A stretch of DNA of 28,313 nucleotides from a virus (taxonomy: Duplodnaviria > Heunggongvirae > Uroviricota > Caudoviricetes). A program made the translations under genes and the position numbers. Location: the IMG/VR virus record IMGVR_UViG_2721755712_000003, positions 1 to 28,313 of that record. The stretch is one strand, 5' to 3'. The notes under the pieces are model-generated. The model made no database searches. It saw only the letters and a list, made by a program, of their open reading frames with translations, and was not told where the DNA came from. Below, piece after piece: positions 25,684 through 28,313 of this stretch. Numbering within the stretch: the first letter of the stretch is position 1; every line of letters starts with the position of its first letter.

Positions 25684-26025
25684 TTATAAATCAGCCTGTT
25701 TAATAAAACTTTGCCCGCGAAGCAGACGATCAACCGTGCGAAGTGCTTCGTATAATGTGAAATCCTGCCCGAACTGATTGTCGCCACTGCTTAGAGCAAA
25801 AATGCGGTTTCCGGTAAACGGATTGCGTGGGCATTTGTGGATCACGATTCCAGCTTTCTCAATCAGCCAGGCATGCTCGCCGATTTGTTTTACTGGGTAG
25901 CCATCCGGCGTTGCGTGTGTATCACTCAGGCTGTAGCGGATGTTGCTGCGTGATGCACTGGTAGCAAAACGGTTAGCGTGGCGTTCTGCACCATTGCGAA
26001 AGCGTGAATTACGTTGCTGTTTCAT
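25684..26025 (-). CDS. hypothetical early protein, 113 aa
   Basis: ORF directly preceded by a coupled small ORF. Confidence 0.45.
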   Translation of the reverse strand: MKQQRNSRFRNGAERHANRFATSASRSNIRYSLSDTHATPDGYPVKQIGEHAWLIEKAGIVIHKCPRNPFTGNRIFALSSGDNQFGQDFTLYEALRTVDRLLRGQSFIKQADL

Positions 26026-26026
26026 G

Positions 26027-26134
26027 TTAAAGACTCTGTACAGATTTAATTATTCCGGCATAGAGGCCGAACTCAAAATATTTGCGATTAAATCGTATCG
26101 CATTGTTTTCACGTTTTGCGGACTGCTGGTTCAT
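26027..26134 (-). CDS. small ORF, 35 aa (MNQQSAKRENNAIRFNRKYFEFGLYAGIIKSVQSL)
   Basis: Strong GGAGG SD 8 nt before ATG 26132-26134; stop 1 nt before the next start. A further 35-39 aa hydrophobic ORF lies at 26131-26238/26250. Confidence 0.35.
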   Translation of the reverse strand: MNQQSAKRENNAIRFNRKYFEFGLYAGIIKSVQSL

Positions 26135-26277
26135 TTTCGTTTGCCTCCGCACATGAGAATTGCGCCGCTTAAGAGGTAACCGAAGTTAATTGATAGTATT
26201 ACAATTAACATAAGGTCCAATTTGTCCATGCCACACATAATTACCCTCATTGCAGTAGTTGTGGGTTGTCAGGTTTC

Positions 26278-26484
26278 TCACCCGATAAACCAGATAACAA
26301 ACGCTATAAACATCGCCCCAATAGCTGCCGGGAAAAGTCCTTTGGTATAAGCGGCGATATATTCAATGCTGAGTTCAATAAAGCGTTCTTCATGTCCCGT
26401 TAACTTGCGAAACAAATAGATCTCTATTACGCCTATCTCAATAAAAACAAGGGTCAGAATGGCGCTGATGATATGGCTGGTCAT
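26278..26484 (-). CDS. small membrane protein, 68 aa, downstream of cox
   Basis: Two hydrophobic helices; weak SD. Confidence 0.45.
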   Translation of the reverse strand: MTSHIISAILTLVFIEIGVIEIYLFRKLTGHEERFIELSIEYIAAYTKGLFPAAIGAMFIAFVIWFIG

Positions 26485-26490
26485 TTATGA

Positions 26491-26778
26491 CTAAAGTCCC
26501 AGCCACAACAACCATGCGTCGCGGCGTTCTTTCGGTTGCTCAAAAAACGCTTTGCGCATGCCTTCGTTAAATGCTGGCAGATATACCCAGTTTTCTGATG
26601 CACGCGTCTTCACTGAACCTGGTTTCACAAAGTCAATCGTTGGTAACTTTGCAGCGTCAATCATGGTTCTGACGGTTGATTCTTTGCGACCAATCATCTT
26701 GGCAAATAGTTGATATGGCACCGCTTCAAGTGGATATGGTGCTACCTGAATGAACCCCTCAAGCTCTGATTCGCTCAT
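26491..26778 (-). CDS. cox: Cox-like excisionase / lytic-switch repressor
   Basis: ...PYQLFAKMIGRKESTVRTMIDAAKLPTIDF...ENWVYLPAFNEGMRKAF...RDAWLLWLGL matches P2 Cox as remembered (...PYQEFAKLIGKSTGAVRRMIDKGKLPVIDM...YWVYLPAWNNGLKLAY...RDGWLMWLGL). Confidence 0.9.
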   Translation of the reverse strand: MSESELEGFIQVAPYPLEAVPYQLFAKMIGRKESTVRTMIDAAKLPTIDFVKPGSVKTRASENWVYLPAFNEGMRKAFFEQPKERRDAWLLWLGL

Positions 26779-26891
26779 TGTGGTAATCTCCCTAATTCGT
26801 TCGAATGGCTCAAAATGGCTTATATCGGCTTATTTGAGTGTTTTTATGTTTGTGCCCGATGTGGCATGTTGCGATGGAGGATATGCCCGAT
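26779..26891. promoter_or_regulatory. cox/C divergent immunity switch region with phased direct repeats (candidate operators)
   Basis: GGCT at 26807, 26817 and 26827 (exact 10-bp phasing; AATGGCT twice); TGCCCGAT-N-TGGCAT at 26853-26867 and 26884-26898 (14 of 15 identical), the second overlapping the C start codon. Confidence 0.55.
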
Positions 26892-27212
26892 ATGGCATCT
26901 TTGTCAAGCATGGGTGAAAAATTTCGCCTGATTCGTGAAGCAGAAGGTATGACCCGCCAGGAGTTTGCGGATTGTGTTGGGCTGCCTTATGGGACGGTAA
27001 CTAACTATGAGGTGAGGGGGAAGCAAGTAACAGAGGGTGCCTTACTTAAGGTTACGAAACACCCTAAATTTAAGAAGTATGCTTATTGGTTATTAACAGA
27101 TGAAACGATGCCGGAGGTCGGGCAAATTTCTCCGGCTCTCTCTCTTGATGGTTCCTGCAATTCGGAGGGAGATCGCGTTTCAACCGAAACAATCCAAAAA
27201 TTATCCCGCTGA
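26892..27212 (+). CDS. C: immunity repressor C (HTH)
   Basis: ...CVGLPYGTVTNYE...KHPKFKKYAYWLLTDETMPEVGQISPALS resembles P2 C as remembered (...GVPYGTLSYYE...QTPQFTKYTLWFMTNQIAPESGQIAPALA). Start chosen at ATG 26892; the longer ORF from 26838 is less likely. Confidence 0.8.
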   Translation: MASLSSMGEKFRLIREAEGMTRQEFADCVGLPYGTVTNYEVRGKQVTEGALLKVTKHPKFKKYAYWLLTDETMPEVGQISPALSLDGSCNSEGDRVSTETIQKLSR

Positions 27213-27308
27213 GGCCAGAAAACTGGTTAGACCTGCTTTTTGTCTGGTCTGATTATTGCTGGAAAGAGGCTGGAGAAATTGTAGAGCGGTTCATTGGAGG
27301 GCTTCGTA

Positions 27309-28313
27309 ATGTCGATTAAGAAGCTCGAAGATGGTCGTTATTTGCTGGACATCAGGCCGAACGGACGCAAGGGAAAGCGCGTGCGTAAGGTATTTGACAA
27401 AAAATCGGTAGCGGTGGCCACTGAACGCTACATCATGGCGAACGCTGAAAAGCGGGAATATATACAGGGCTACCGTGATCGTCGAACGCTAAATGATTTG
27501 CTTGAGTTGTGGTGGATGTATCACGGCCAGCACAGGCGTAAGGCGGAAGAAGACCGAAAACAACTGCGCAACATAATCAATGAGCTTGGCGCTGATATGC
27601 AGGCTGTGGATCTTGATAAGCTGAAAATTATCGCGTGGCGTTCTCAAAAGATAGCTGAAGGATTGAAACCGTCATCTGCTAACAGGTACATGAATCGGTT
27701 ATCCGGAATGTTTACCGTGCTGAAAAAAATAGGTCTTTGGGATGCAGAACATCCAGTAAGGGGAATTTCTATTCTTTATGTATCTCCACGAGAAATGGCG
27801 TTCCTGTCACAGAAGGAAGTGGCGCTATTGCTCGATACACTGGAGGGCGACTACTGGCGTGTTGCGCTTTTGTGTTTAAGCACAGGGGCGCGCTGGAGTG
27901 AAGCTTGTAAGCTTCGTGGTGAACAGATAGTTCATAACCGTGTAACGTTTCTTGAAACCAAAAATGGCCGGAAGAGAACAGTGCCAATTTCGCAGGCAGT
28001 TTGTGAGGCGATCAAAACCAGAGAAACAGGCGGCTTGTTTGAGGTGAAGTACCGGGAATTCTGCCTGGCGCTGAAAAGAGTTAAGCCCGATTTACCAAAA
28101 GGCCAGGCTGCACATGTGCTGCGGCATACGTTCGCCAGCCATTTTGTGATGAACGGAGGAAACATTATTGCGCTTCAGAAGATTCTTGGTCACGCAACCA
28201 TTCAGCAAACAATGGCATATGCGCATTTTGCACCGGATTACCTGCAGGATGCGGTGGCCCTTAATCCGCTGAAAGGTGGCGTAAGTGTCCACGCAGTGTC
28301 CACGGGGGATTAA
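27309..28313 (+). CDS. int: tyrosine integrase, P2 Int family
   Basis: MSIKKLEDGRYLLDIRPNGRKGKRVRKVFDKKS...LSTGARWSEA...HVLRHTFASHF...AYAHFAPDYLQDA closely parallels P2 Int including the R...HxxR...Y catalytic motifs. GGAGGG SD; stop TAA at 28311-28313. Confidence 0.95.
   Translation: MSIKKLEDGRYLLDIRPNGRKGKRVRKVFDKKSVAVATERYIMANAEKREYIQGYRDRRTLNDLLELWWMYHGQHRRKAEEDRKQLRNIINELGADMQAVDLDKLKIIAWRSQKIAEGLKPSSANRYMNRLSGMFTVLKKIGLWDAEHPVRGISILYVSPREMAFLSQKEVALLLDTLEGDYWRVALLCLSTGARWSEACKLRGEQIVHNRVTFLETKNGRKRTVPISQAVCEAIKTRETGGLFEVKYREFCLALKRVKPDLPKGQAAHVLRHTFASHFVMNGGNIIALQKILGHATIQQTMAYAHFAPDYLQDAVALNPLKGGVSVHAVSTGD

Noticed and set aside
25377-25787. Longer starts for early-operon genes (25132..25377 GTG start; 25386..25787 133-aa form; 24669..24986 105-aa form)
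   Set aside because: The longer forms lack Shine-Dalgarno sequences or overlap the upstream gene extensively; internal ATGs with good SDs were preferred.
1-28313. P2 locI attachment core and cyaR sRNA at the ogr end
   Set aside because: Looked for the remembered core AAGCCCGTGTAAGGGAGA and the cyaR 3' end; only an unrelated AAAGCCCG hairpin (1196-1233) was found. The element is probably integrated at a different site; the att core cannot be defined without the sequence beyond int.
1-28313. CRISPR arrays, tRNA or rRNA genes
   Set aside because: No regularly spaced direct repeats and no tRNA-like T-arm/acceptor patterns were seen on manual reading; a dedicated scan (tRNAscan-SE, CRISPR finder) was not possible.

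Overview
The window is dominated by a heavily decayed P2-like prophage in an enterobacterial chromosome (E. coli-like; it carries an IS30 copy), running from ogr/D at about 3.0 kb to cox/C/int at the right edge (int stop at 28313, so the att site next to int lies outside the window). All protein identifications are from reading the translations against remembered P2-family sequences; no database search was run. Recognisable P2 homologues are ogr, D, FI, FII, E/E', T, U, J, W, V, S, R, a lysis cassette, X, L, M, N, P, A, cox, C and int. The prophage looks non-inducible as a virion producer: D is split by IS30, the FI-to-U tail block is inverted relative to the other late genes, scaffold O, portal Q, the cos region, baseplate I and most of the tail fibre H/G are missing, and P and A are 3'-truncated and fused tail-to-tail. 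The immunity switch, integrase, lysis genes and an expanded early operon look intact. The most likely candidates for an undescribed function are accessory cargo: an SPFH/band-7 lipoprotein with a small membrane partner at the end of the early operon, an AT-rich block of translationally coupled small genes including a 37-aa hydrophobic peptide, a structured leader with a repeated 9-10 nt motif overlapping an RBS, a truncated sugar O-acetyltransferase-like gene at the tail-fibre hotspot, and an AT-rich two-gene islet left of ogr. No CRISPR array, tRNA or rRNA was seen.
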